Below are positions 51,605-64,000 of a stretch of DNA of 64,000 nt, one piece after another. The stretch comes from Lama guanicoe (Eukaryota). The position numbers and the translations under genes were made by a program. The DNA is taken from positions 22,816,795-22,880,794 of the forward strand of contig MU054187.1 of assembly GCA_013239625.1 (NCBI GenBank). Reading direction: 5' to 3'. The number at the start of each line of letters is the position of its first letter. Position 1 is the stretch's first letter. The notes below the pieces were generated by a model. It made no database searches, was not told where the DNA came from, and was given only the letters and a program-made list of their open reading frames with translations.

Positions 51605-51820
51605 GAAGGGAACTTTTAGAGGTGGTGCTAAATTTGTTGCACTGTATATGGTGATGGTTTCATGGATCCGTACTTATCTTCAAACTCATCAAGGGGCAGA
51701 CAGAGGACATGGGGGTGCTGTCCTGAGAAAGCCTCATTGGTTCCTACTCAGTTATAAGATGTACACACTAAATATGTACAGCTGTTTGTACGTCAATCAT
51801 ATCTCAATAAAAATAAAATT
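51605..51820 (+). mobile_element. L1MB-type extreme 3' end with a short internal insertion
   Basis: ggaacttttagaggtg...tacttatcttcaaactcatcaag / atgtacacactaaatatgtacagc...tctcaataaa. Confidence 0.7.
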
Positions 51821-52057
51821 ATGACTTTTAAATAGGAAGGAAAGTCTGGGGTGACCAAAGCTATATATACTTGTGACAATAAGAAGGAAGATTTGAAACA
51901 TAGTAGGACCCTGGGTGATAGTATATTGACTGTTGTTACTCATGTCAGAAATGAAATGTTCCATAATTTCTACCCACATTTTTGGGACTTTAACTTGCTT
52001 ATGTGTTGAGCAATAGATATGCATTTCTCTTACCCTTGTGATTGAGTGGGACCGTGG

Positions 52058-52545
52058 TGTCAAAGAAAAATGCACCAGACATATTAAATAGGTAAAAGAA
52101 GACTTTATTGAAGACTACTGCAATAGGGGAGAGAGAATGGAACTTAAGCCAGTTGAGAAAAAAAGGTGGGAGAGTTTTCGAGTCCTGCTGTGAGCTAGTG
52201 GAAAAGTACCAGACAACAGACAGGGGGAAGTTGGTCAATGTGATTAGGCCATCTGTGTTTGCTAATTGCTGCTTATCGAAGTTGGACTCCTGCCCTCCTG
52301 CAGAGGCTGATAGATAGGGCCTTATATTTTTGGATAATTACATTTCAAAGGGATGGCTCCCAGGTGCTTGAGAAAGACCTCTACGGGTTGTAGAATGTTT
52401 GTGTCTCAAAGGGGTAGGGAAAGAATTTATAGTTGAAAGTGTTCTGAAGTAAATGCTCTGTGAAAGGGGGGATTAGAGGAAAAATCAGGGAAAATCCCTT
52501 GTAAATTTAGTCAAACTGAGGGGAAAGTTAAGGCCACCTTGGTCA
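52058..52545 (-). mobile_element. MER31-like ERV1 solo LTR
   Basis: The reverse strand begins tgaccaaggtggccttaactttcccctcagtttgactaaatttac and ends ...tttgaca. Confidence 0.78.
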
Positions 52546-54639
52546 AGGGATCTTACAGGCACATTTGGGAACTGACATTTCAGTTAAAGGCAAGACTGAG
52601 CAACCTGCTCCAGGCAACTCTTTTCCCTAAATTCTGTCTGGACGCTGACTGACCATTTTCACTCCTTCACTCTGAATCAGAGAAAAAGAGTGACCTTCCT
52701 CATTAAATCTCCCTGTTCTCCATCTCCTCAGCTTTTACCATAGTTCCGGGTGAAGTTTCTGGAAGGAAATAGTATTTCCAGGCAGAAGGCACCACTAGTC
52801 TCATTTTCCTATAATTACAGCAAGTGTGAAATGAAGGAGCCAAGAAGACAATTTTAACCTCCTTCTCTTCTTGCCTTGAATCTTTCACTCCCTGTTATAA
52901 TCTAATGTTTAGCTAATGAAAACTAAAGATACGTAACCATTATGATTTCCTAATCTTAGCATTTAATTGAACATTGTGCAATAATAATTCATAGTATTAC
53001 TGATTTTCCTAGATATATTCCCCCATTTATTTCCATCTTTTTATACTATAGAGAATGCAGAAATATTAACCTCATGGGAGACTTGATTCTCAGCAAACTG
53101 GAAAATATTTACCTAAAAAAAACTTTAAGCTTTTACTTTTATATTTTCAACTAACATACGCTTTTGTGTTTTGTGACTTAATTTTCCCTTGGTTTACATC
53201 TCGTATCTTCTGGATGTAAAAGTATCTTTTGAGCACCAGTGCTAGGTTTCAACAACAGACTATAAGAACTTTGCTCTATCTGAAATTGTAACTTTCCATT
53301 TTTGTCCATTGAACTAGGTTATCTTTGTCTCTTTTCTCATGTTACTGACATTTAATCACATGAAGAAATGGTTCCATCTTGATGTTAATATTCTTCTAGC
53401 CTGTGAAATTTTGTTGCCCCTGTAGTTCAGTGAAATGAAAAACCTTTTACTACTGAAAAATACATTTTAGATGACATTCTTAATGTTTTCCTTAAAAATT
53501 TGCAAAATAATGGTTAAATATTCTTACCTTTATATTTATGGTAAATTAATATAATTTTTACTAATTTTAAAGTTTACTTATTAAATTTTCAAGTGTCTAG
53601 ATATTAAGGAAATCAATTTACTAATCTTTTTCTTTAATAAGACAGTGCTCATATAATCACTTAATGACTTTAAAATCATAATTTGTCCATGAATATTCTT
53701 AAATGATATATAAGGTGAAGGATAAGAGAAGAACTTATCTTTATACATTAGGATTTTGGTCTGCATACTTATTGTCACATAGATTTAAAAAGCATCCATG
53801 CTTGACATATTACCTTAAGCTTTTGGAATTTTCTCAGCATAGACTACTTTTATGAACTGGAGAAACTTGTCTTATTGCTTCCAGATTTGAAATGCACATG
53901 ATTCATTTCTTTGTTTTGTAAAATGTCAATTCAGGGCTAATGTAATGGGTTGGTGTAAAGTACTATTTCAGCTCTCAGGTTCTCCCAGTTCTTTTTTGTT
54001 TTTAAATGCCATCTTCATTTGAATCTATTTACATGTGTGTCTAAGCATGTTGCTTGATGTTCTCTTAGTTATATATATATATATATATATTTAAATTATG
54101 CTTACTGTAGCTTTTGAAACTGACTATAGAAACCTGGAGGTGAATTTCACTGTACTGGTGTTTCTCAGATGTTTTACATAGTAATTGCTTTCCTTACTAT
54201 AAACTTTTTATTTTTTTTTCGTCTTAAAAAGTGCTTCCTGAAGCATTTGTCCAGTAAGAGTTAGTCTTCAGAAATGCTGGGGTTTATTTTTCAAGTATAC
54301 TTGAATGCGCAGTGTTGACAAGTCAAACGTATCCCTGCAGCTAAGACCCTGCTGAGCAGCCCTGCAGCTGGAAGTCTGGAGAGAAGAGCAGGAATCATCA
54401 GGTAGTTAGCTGGGTGTATGAAAGACGCACAGGAAGCAAAGCCGAACTGACGTTAGCCAACAGTAGCAATTAAGAAAGAACAGGCTTGTGCCAAATGTTC
54501 CTGTAAACTTATTTGGGGAATCTGTATTTCTTTACTAAACAACCTTTATTCATCTTTTTATGGACACAATGTCTCAGTCATGATTGCTAAAACTTGCTTC
54601 AAAGCAAAAAGTCTTTTGTTCACATTTTCCATAAACTTA

Positions 54640-56700
54640 TATAGATAAAACTTTTTATTGTCTGATAATCTTTGTTTTAATTATGGCATCTGCTCTGTTT
54701 ATTATTTAATGTAATTTTGATATATTCGGGTTGAAATCTGTCATTTCACTCTCAGTTTTCCATTTGAATTATCCATTATTGTGCTTTGTTTGTTTGTTTG
54801 TTTCCCTATTTCATGCTTTTTTTTCTGTACATTTACTTGGTGAGCAATGCATTCCATCATTTACTTCCCTTGTAATTATTACATATAACCTTGACTTACT
54901 AGAGTCTGTGATAAATTAGTGCTTCTCCACTTTCAGAAAATTGAAATAATCTTAGAACAGTTTAATGCCATTTAATTTTCTTTGCCTTTTGTTCTTTTTT
55001 CCATCACTTAATTTAATTCTACATATATTTTTTCTCACCCATCAAACGTTTATTTACTATTTAGGTCAATATTCATTTCAGTTTACCCGTATATTTAATT
55101 TTCCTCATACTCTTCATTCCTACCCCATTCCCACACCTTAATCTGAGATCACTTTTCCATTTTAGGAAGAATTCCTTTTAGTATTTCTTTCCAGCTTAGT
55201 TCTTCTGGTGACAAATTCTCTTGGCTTTTCTTTATTTGAAACACCTTTGTTTTATCTTTATTTTTAGAAGATATTTTAACTGGTTAGACAATTTTAAGTT
55301 GCAAGTGCTTTCTTTAAGTACAGTAAAGGTGTCACTCCAGTGTTTTCTGGCTTGCCCCTCCCCTCTTCTTCTCTTTGTTCTCTTTCTTTGAAATAAAGTC
55401 GACTGAGAGTCTTATTTCGCTGTTTGAAGAGGATATTCTGTCATCACTCTAGCTGCTTTTAAATTTTCTTGTTTATCTTTGATATTCGGAATTTTTTCCT
55501 GTAATGTACTTGATTTGCTTGTTATTAGTACAGATTTGTCAGGTTAATAAAATACAGTGAATCTGTGGTCTTCCATGAGTTTTGGAAAAGTTTCACAGTG
55601 AGTGTCCCAGATATTGATTCTGCCCCCATCCTTTCTTTTTCACTCTCTGGTACGTCAAGTGCATGTGTTAGACCTAGGTTAGACCTATCATCAATGGCAT
55701 ATATATTTCTGAAACTATTCTGGTATTTGTCTTTTCACTTCTACAAGCTTTAGTCTGTATTTTCTATTGATCTATTTTCCATTTCTCTAGTGCTGTTATG
55801 TATCTAATCTATTATTAAATCTCCCTACTAGGTTATTTTTTGTTGTTGTACTTTCCTTTCTAGAATTACATTTTTTCTTTTCTTTTTTTTTCAAATAAAT
55901 TCCATTTCTTTAGTGAAAGTCTCCATATTGTCATCTATTTTCTTGAATATACTGAAAAAATTTATTTGAAACCCATGTCTGAAAACTACACTATCTGGAT
56001 TGCTTGTAGGTACATTTCTTTCTTTTTTCCCTCCTTTTTCTCTCTCTTGATTTTTAATCATTTGGTTTAGTCTCCTGGCAAGTCTAGTAATGTTTGTTTG
56101 TAAACCAGATGTTGAGTGTGAAACATTGTAAAGATTCTGGATAATGACATCTTTTGAGGAGAAGATTAAATTCTTTTCTGGCAGAGAGAGTAGGGACAGA
56201 TGACCATTTTGCAGTCATAGTTGGAGAATTTAGGACTGAATTCAGTCTTTCCTAGGGCTGATCTTGTTTGTCTTCTTTTTCCTTAAGTGTAGTTCTTCAA
56301 GGCTTTCAATTGAAAGCATGAAAGGTTTACTTGGGTTTTTTTTCATTTTTGGCAGTCTCCAAATTACAGTATTTAATCTCCCATGCACTGTGAGACTGTA
56401 GAAAACTCTTTAGACTTTATCTTTTTAAATTTTATATTTTGTTTGGCTTCTTAGCCTCTTGCCTTATGTAGCTTATGAATCACATTTCTTGAGGGAAAAA
56501 AAACAGCAAAAACTATTGGGCTCATCTCTATGAGTTTTTCTTCCCTGCAGCATTTTTGACTCCTTGTCTACTTTGGTTTTCTTTGATACTTTCAAAATTA
56601 TGTTTTTGTTTATTTGCTTTTCTTAAATTTACCCAACTTGTATTATTTTTCTCCTTTTCTTGTTAGTGGGTAGTTATCTGAGAAGAGCTACTTTTAACGT
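54640..56700 (-). mobile_element. Ancient L1M (ORF1 / inter-ORF region)
   Basis: gaattccttttagtatttctt...ctggtgacaaattctctt, tgtcactccagtgttttctggctt. Confidence 0.65.
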
Positions 56701-57722
56701 AGGTAGAGCAGAGTACTTGCTTCAATTTTCATCTAATCTTCCAGATAAATTTTAAAAATACTGTATCAAATGAGTTTTCTTTATTTTCTTTCATGCTAGT
56801 AGTAACAAAGTAATCATTTTGATTTTAAGAAAAACATTTTATTGAAAGGACATGTTTTCTTATTTTTTGTTTTCAGAGTTCATACTAGGTATTGTCAGTT
56901 TGTTCCAGGACAATAATTTCAAGAATAAACATGAAGATCCTACTGTTTTCACAGAAGACTAATTGAAACTCTGGAGAAGATAATATTAGAAGACTAGCTC
57001 AGAAAATTGACATTAGGAATAACTGTATAAGCAATAATTTGTGCTTGAAGGAGGAGAACCAAAAATTGGAATATAAAAGTTATGAACCAATTAATTGGGA
57101 AAAAAAAGGAACTTTGTTTTTGTATTTTTCCCCTTTTCTATGAAGGAAAAGAAGTTCTGGTATAAATAAAAACATGTAGATGAAATTCTCTAGAGGACAT
57201 CTAGATCTGTTGTAGGACAAGTTCACTGCAGTTTTTAAATTTATAAGCTATAAAGAATTAGAAAGTCCCTTACTGAGCACTGAAAAATGCCACCTCTAAC
57301 AGCAGATGTGTGAGCAGGAAACTTGTCCAATTTTATAGCAGAAATCCTTGGTTGCAGAACTGTTCGTGATTTTTGTTTATTCTTCTTGTTGCTGGTTTTT
57401 GTGGGGACAAGGTTGTACACAGTAGGTGTAGCTTTTCAAACATCTTTTATTCTTTCTAAGTACTTTTCGAAATGTTAGTTTGAGAAGTTTTCCTACAGTT
57501 GGGAAATGCTTTTGAAGTAAGTGTATTATTATTCCTATTATATTTCAGTGCATTATTGATATTGTATAGACACAAGAAGTGTGTATGGATAATTAAATGT
57601 GATTGGGAAGCTGTATTTCTTACATAGTTGAGGTACTCCGAATTATAGACACTCTAGTTTTTAGGATTCTGATGACTACCTTTTCTTATCAGAGGTTAAA
57701 ATTTAGAGTCATTGATTTAAAC

Positions 57723-57913
57723 CAGTGGGTTTCAACTGAGGATAACTTTACCTCCCAGGTGACATTTGGCAATGTCTAGAGATATTTATTGTTGTCACAA
57801 CATGGGTGAAATTCTCACTGTTATCTGGAGGGTAGAGGCCAGGAAAGGCCAACCAGGTACAGGCCAACAAAGCAGAACCAAAATGTTAACAGTGTCAAGG
57901 CTGAGAAATCTTG
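57723..57913. mobile_element. MER20 hAT MITE
   Basis: cagtgggtttcaact...gacatttggcaatgtctagagatatttattgttgtcacaac...gtcaaggctgagaaatc. Confidence 0.85.
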
Positions 57914-58189
57914 ATCTAAAGATAAAGTTAATATGAGTAAAATTGTAGAGAAAATACACATAAACATACTGTTATTCAACAATGAGCATGATACGTGTCT
58001 AATATTTATGTACGTTTTCAAAGGTGAATAGATGTAGCTCCTAAGTGAGAGAAAAATTAATACACAAATACACATTTCAATAAATGAAAATAAATATTTT
58101 TTCATGAAAAACAATTTTTTGAATTAGAAATGACAGTAACAACAAGATTATGTTCATGTCAAGGCATGTCCATGTTTTGACTTATAGAT

Positions 58190-58730
58190 TAACTATAGCA
58201 GCACTATTTACAACAGCTAAGACATGGAAACAGTCCAAGTGCCCATCAATAGACAGTTGGTTTAAGAAGATGTGGTATATATATACAATGGAATGTTACT
58301 CAGTCATAAAAGAGAATGAAATTTTGCCATTTGCAGCAACATGGATAGACTTAGAGATTATCATTACTAAGTGAAGTGAGTCAGGCAGAGAAAGACAAAT
58401 ATATGACATCATTTGTGTGAAATCTAAAAACTATTATAAATGAATCTGTATACAAACCAGAAATAGACCCACAGACATAGAAAACAAATTTATGGCTATG
58501 AAAGGGGAAAGGCAGGGGGACAAATTAGGAATATGGGATTAATAGATATAAACTACTATACATACAATAGATAAGCAATAAGGATTTACTACATAGCACA
58601 GGGAATTATATTCAATATCTTGTAATAACATGTAATGAAAATAACTGAAAAAATGTATAACTGAAGCACTTTGCTGACTGCCTGAAACTAACATAATATT
58701 GTAAATAAATTATACTTTAATTTAAAAAAA
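58190..58730 (+). mobile_element. 5'-truncated L1 3' end (L1MA/artiodactyl type)
   Basis: atagcagcactatttacaacagctaagacatggaaac...catagcacagggaattatattcaatatcttgtaataac followed by an A-rich tail. Confidence 0.88.
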
Positions 58731-59836
58731 TATTGTGGAAAGTTATATCTTTCTCTTGGTGAGAAGAGGTGTCACATGTTCAAATACAATTTTTACACTT
58801 TGACACTTTGCACTATTTCCCCATCTGTAAAAGCCATTAATACTACTTATTTACACAAAATAGTAGTCAGATTGTGTATTTCCTTAGTAAAATTTTAATT
58901 CAAGTATTCATTTACCATCTTAACCATCTCTTCCTTACAGTCCTAAATACCGTAAGTCAGGCTTAATCATACTGAATTAGAATTCCTCACCACAATCGTA
59001 ATGAATGAACATGCTTTGTCACTGTGGCTGGATGTCTTTGCTTGCCAGAAAACCTAGGCTTTATCATTTTAAATGACACTTAAAAATTTTCTGGAGTTAC
59101 TTATTTTGGTCAATTGAACCAAATATAATCAGATATTTTAGCTTCAAATTACACATTTTCTTTATGTTAAAAGAGATTATCCCTAAATAATATTTCACAG
59201 AAGAAAAAGAGCTGTCTTGGAATTATTATAATACATAAAATAGAGAAATATCTTTTTAGAATCAAGTGTTTCATTATTTACAATTTTTATAGTGTTGATA
59301 AGGCATAACATTTTAATAATTGCAAAGTCATTTTGGCTGTTTTGTTTTATAGACTTCCTCAACTAGAAAACAGTGAGATAATTTTGTAACGTAGATGATT
59401 CTGTAACAATTTCTATGATCTCTGAATGGCAGCTGGTTAACCATACCTGAGACTGTACAAATAAGAATAGCCATGAGAAATTGTTTTATGAAGGTGAAAG
59501 AAAGGTTTATAAAAACAAAAGGTAAATCATTTGAAATATGACAAGTTTACTTGAATGCATAGAAAATGCCCAAGAAATAGAAAAGAAGTCAACATTCTTT
59601 TGAGTATATTGTGGTAAATTATTGGGTAGGATGAACGAAGTGCAGGGTAGAGAGAATGAATAGATGAGAAAGGAGGAAGGAGAGACAGTTAAAGTCTGTG
59701 ATCCCAAATTATGATTAATATCTTACCTCTTGTCTTTCTAAGTCTTCCAAGAGGAACACTATTATGTTTTTAAGTAGGTTTTCAAGGTGTTAAATTTTGC
59801 CCGCAAAGGATCTTTTAAGACCAATTTTGCTTATGT

Positions 59837-59875
59837 TTTACAAGACCAGTGCTCTAACCGCTGAGCTATGGAGCC
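59837..59875 (-). pseudogene. Tailless retropseudogene of the 5' half of tRNA-Thr(UGU)
   Basis: The minus strand reads GGCTCCATAGCTCAGCGGTTAGAGCACTGGTCTTGTAAA (tRNA positions 1-39, anticodon TGT at 34-36). The 3' half is missing. Flanked by the direct repeat caattttgcttatgtttta (59822-59840 and 59881-59899). Confidence 0.9.
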
Positions 59876-59996
59876 CACCTCAATTTTGCTTATGTTTTAA
59901 ACTAGAATGAATTGATGTTACAAAAGCATTCCTTTTGAGGAGGACCAAATTGTGTCTTAAAGTGATGATCTTGCATTTAATTAATGACTCAAGAGA

Positions 59997-60225
59997 TTTT
60001 CTCTTTTTCTCTTCTCTTCTCCTTTCCTTTCCTTTTTTCCTTTTTCCCTTTTTGTTCCTCTACCCTTCCTTCCTTCCTTCCTTCCTTCCTTCCTTCCTTC
60101 CTCCCTTTCTTCCTCTTTCTTTCTTTCTTTTTCTTTTCTTTTCTTTTCTTTTCTTTTCTTTTCTTTTCTTTTCTTTTCTTTCTTCCTTTCTTTCTTCCTT
60201 CCTTCCTTCCTTCCTTCCTTCCTTC

Positions 60226-60295
<70 letters not shown>

Positions 60296-60308
60296 CTTTC
60301 TTTCTTTC
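59997..60308 (+). repeat. Pyrimidine-rich compound microsatellite (TTCC/TTTTC/TTTC)
   Basis: Read directly. Confidence 0.95.
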
Positions 60309-63099
60309 ACTAAGATTATATAGTACCTCTACTTGAGAAGAAAATGTAATATTTCTAATCTTTAAAATATGTGTACATTAAAAACTCTGTTTTAAAATCT
60401 GCCTGATCTTCAGATTATGGACTTATGTTTCAAAATGAAATATGGGGTCTATGGGACTATTTTATGATTTAAGAGATTTTTGGACCCAAGCAGTCACTCT
60501 TGACTTAGAAAAAGTATCAAGAAGCAGAAGAATGATACTAAAATATTGATTTCATCAAAATGACTGTTCTATGTACAAATGAGAAGACACTTATAGTTTA
60601 TTTTAAATATCTATTCTAATTTAAACCTAAGTAAAACATTACGTTTTAAGTAGAAGGTGATTTGGGGTGGGGGGAGCATTTATTGGTCCTAAAAAATTTT
60701 TCTTGAAGAAGAGAAGTGTCCTTACCTCAATTTCTCAGTCTCCCTCTTTTTTTCCCCTTTCCATTTTGAAACCAGATTATGTTCCATTTAAAAAGATTCT
60801 TTCAGATTTACTTACATGAAGAGTGAAACATAGCGCAGTATCATGCAGAAGAGACCAAACAAACCAATGAGCAAATAACAAAAGAGTCATAGCCATGGTA
60901 CTCCTCAAAGGCACGTTAATTTAAAAATAAATACAGACTCAACCAAAATAATTACAATTTTTGTGCAGTTATGTAGTTATTGTGGGGAAGGTAAATCAAT
61001 GTAAGTAAGGAAGATTAAAATAGTCAAAAGTGATTGTCCTATGTGGGAGAGACCCAGGGGAGGGGTGGCAAAGGGTCTCAAGTATTTTGTCAGAAGTTTA
61101 TAAGTACTATTTGGAAAAGAAAATTATACCATTGGGAAAAAAGATTTACAGAAAGTAATTTATGTATCATTACTTTGCATCTTAATTTATTTGTTAGTTA
61201 GTTTATTGGCATAATTATTGTATTTAAATCGTAAGGTTACGAGATGTTGTTCTTATGATGTATTTTTATTTTGAGGGATTTAGTTCCTGAAATACAAAGT
61301 CTGAACCTACCTATAAAATAAAATAATTATAATCTGCCATCACAGTGAAGACCTTGAGTAATTTATGTCGATCTGAGTTTTTAAAAAAATACTCTGACAG
61401 GCACCTAGATGTGTATTTAGTATTCTATATAGAAACTGGAGTCCCAAATATAAAAGTGAAATTCAGACATACATTTTCTTATTGAATCTGTACATTGTTC
61501 ACTGAATTTAACACATCTGCTGAGTTTTCAGAATTATTGCCATCATACAACAGAGATGATTAGTATAGTCAAGATAAACATTTCTAAAAAAATTTTTTTA
61601 AATGGTTGATGGCACTGATTGTTTTAAGCAGCTTGCTAAATATTTTATGACTGCTGGAGTTAATAGAGGTAACCATGGAAACTCTCTGACAATGCTTTGT
61701 GTTTGAATGGGGTGTAAAATATCCATTTCAGAACATAAACACTTTGACAGCTGTAAGAATATTTACATTTCCTCAAATTTTGATTTGATGGCATTGCCTG
61801 GAAAATGGGTGAAATAAGCATTAAAACAGAAGCAGTTTTAGATATTCTTGGAATTCGTATGAAGTACTCCAGTACTTTGGTTTATCTTTATAGGTTGGCC
61901 TACTTTTGGGGAGGTAGTGAAGGACTAGGAAAATTATAAAATTCCAGACATCCTGTCTAGGTACACAGAAATCATCTGTTCCTTTTTATTCTCTCACCTC
62001 CATTTACTCCATTCCTTTTGCTCTTTCTTCCCATGTCCTCTGTTCCTACTACCTGACTAAACACATTTAAAATATTTAAAAATTGTTTAAAGTGAAATTG
62101 TCAGGGTACTTTGATGCTCCAGATTTATTCAGGGATCCAGTATATCATTAGTATTCTTAGTAAAAATGCACGTGTTTGCCATGCTATTTGAAGTAGAATG
62201 TGCAATGATTTGGCTGGAACTCAATATAATGGGAGGGAAACACAGCTCCAGCCATAACATCTGTGTTCAAGGCAAAAAGCAGGAAAGGTGATGATGATTT
62301 TATCTTCAGGAAAATGTAACTTTCTCAGAAGCCCTCTTGACCAAGAGTATTTTTGGTTACATTTCATAGTTGGGTCTGATGGATGCTCCCAACTTTAAAA
62401 AGTTTGAAAAAAATACAAATATACCTTTCCACCATCAACGTCTAATGAGATATGGCAAGGGAATGGGGGTTGAAAATGGCATTTTAATGATCAATCAACA
62501 GTGTCTCTCCCAGAGAATTAGAGATGGCAAAAATGGAGAAGGAAGATGTCTTAAGCACACTGAAGTTTTAGTAGAATATTACCGAATTATTGCCTTGGAG
62601 TATTCCGTGTCATGGAAATGTGTCCAAAGGTCCCTGGCTAATAAGATGTATGAAGCTTAAGTAGTCCAGTATCAGGAAGCAACAGTTAAAGGTCTAAAAT
62701 CCATGGTTGCTTCAATATGACAGGTAAGGAAATTTCTTTTATAATCAAGAGGTACTGAGATCATCTGTGTTTTAAGCAAGACACTGGAAAACTAACACTT
62801 GATATATCTATTGGCCAGAACTCAGTTTTGTGACTGTACCTTGGAGCAAGAGAAGTGGGCAAATATAGTCTTTACTTTGGGCAGCTGTGTACCTCCGTAG
62901 CTTTCTGTTACTGCTGTGGAGAAGCATGTGTGTGGGATGGAAATTCGGAGGAAGGGACTGGTAGTCTCTGGCGTACTCTTATTTCTTGATTTTTCAAGTT
63001 TAGGCATTCTCTTTTGACTTCTTATTATGGAAATTTAGGACTGAGATCTTTTCTAACCCTCAAATGCCACGTCTGGCTCTCTCTCGCTACCATTCATGC

Positions 63100-64000
63100 T
63101 TCTTTCCCATACAATTTGATTAAATCACCACTTAATGTTTTCCATTAATTTTACAGAGTAAATATGAGTTGCAGCTGTTCCATACACTACATTGCCTTTC
63201 TCATACAACTTGTTGCTTTTCCTGGAGATAATGAAGTCTTTGATTTTTTTTTTAATTTACTTACTTGTTTTTACATCTATCATTAATTTACATCCAAACT
63301 GTTTAAAAAAGAGTAAAACTCTCTCACTAAGGTCAAATATATCAAGTTGTCTATCTACCTGTCTATAATTTTTTTTTCTATTGGCAAGCGGCTTGGGGAC
63401 CTCTCTCCTCCTGCTTTATTCTAGAATAAATGACGCACGACTGGCATCCTGGCGCTTTCTCCCCTTCATACTGTGAAGTCCCTTCAACTTTCACTTATGA
63501 TAGATCAATCTGGTGAACGCTGTGTCTTCCCTCTTCATTCCTCCCCTCTTTGAGGGCAGTGGCTCCTCTAAGAACTTCTAAGAACGTGTACATGTTTTGA
63601 GACCTGGAATATAAAAATATGCCTTTTACTCTCCTCTCACATTTAATTACTAGCTTAGCTGGACCTATTCTGTACAGCTTGGAATAATTTAACCTCAGAA
63701 TTCTGTTGCCTTGTCTTTCAGCTTCCAGGTTATTTAATGCTACTGTGATCTTCAATTCTTTGAAAGTGCTCCCTCCCCCGCAATTTTCTCCCTGGAAGCC
63801 TTTACTTTCTTTATTTCTAGAGTTCTGAAATTTCACAGTGATGTAACTCTTGTGTGTGGGCATTTTTCACTCATTTTGTTGACCATTTGATTGGCATTGT
63901 CAGTCTCTAGGTCATATACTTGTGTAGTATGAGAATTTCTCATATCATTTCTATGATAATTGGCTAACTTTTTCCATTTTATCTTTTTTTGGAAGATGAA
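63100..64000 (-). mobile_element. HAL1-like (L1 ORF1-only) ancient element
   Basis: ORF 63495..63863 resembles an L1/HAL1 ORF1 C-terminus (ITVKFQNSRNKE, LEAERQ, RIGPAKLVIKCE, EGRNEEGRH). Confidence 0.65.

Noticed and set aside
36197..64000. Further CNBD1 exons (exon 5, expected peptide similar to PIHRTPYEH)
   Set aside because: Not found, consistent with my recollection that intron 4 is very large.
1..64000. CRISPR arrays, operons or a novel multi-gene system
   Set aside because: This is eukaryotic intronic DNA with no regularly spaced repeat-spacer array and no long non-repetitive ORFs.

Overview
AT-rich, repeat-dense mammalian genomic DNA, very probably camelid (camel/alpaca/llama), judging by tRNA-Ala-derived Vic-1-type SINEs and the style of the young L1 3' ends. 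The window lies inside CNBD1 (cyclic nucleotide binding domain containing 1) on the + strand. Three phase-compatible coding exons (9455-9527, 20045-20152, 36038-36196) splice into an open frame matching my recollection of human CNBD1 exons 2-4. I did not find exon 1, and everything after 36196 appears to be intron 4. The rest is L1 (young and ancient), L2, MIR, HAL1, LTR and DNA-transposon remnants plus microsatellites, and almost all ORF-track entries are spurious. I found no evidence of a new multi-gene system. The most notable details are a tRNA-Thr(UGU) 5'-half 'tailless' retrocopy with a perfect target-site duplication at an L1 endonuclease site (59822-59899), and candidate regulatory motifs upstream of exon 2: a perfect DR4, a 16-bp palindrome, and a CCAAT box next to an RFX X-box. 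Repeat family names come from by-eye recognition and their boundaries are approximate.
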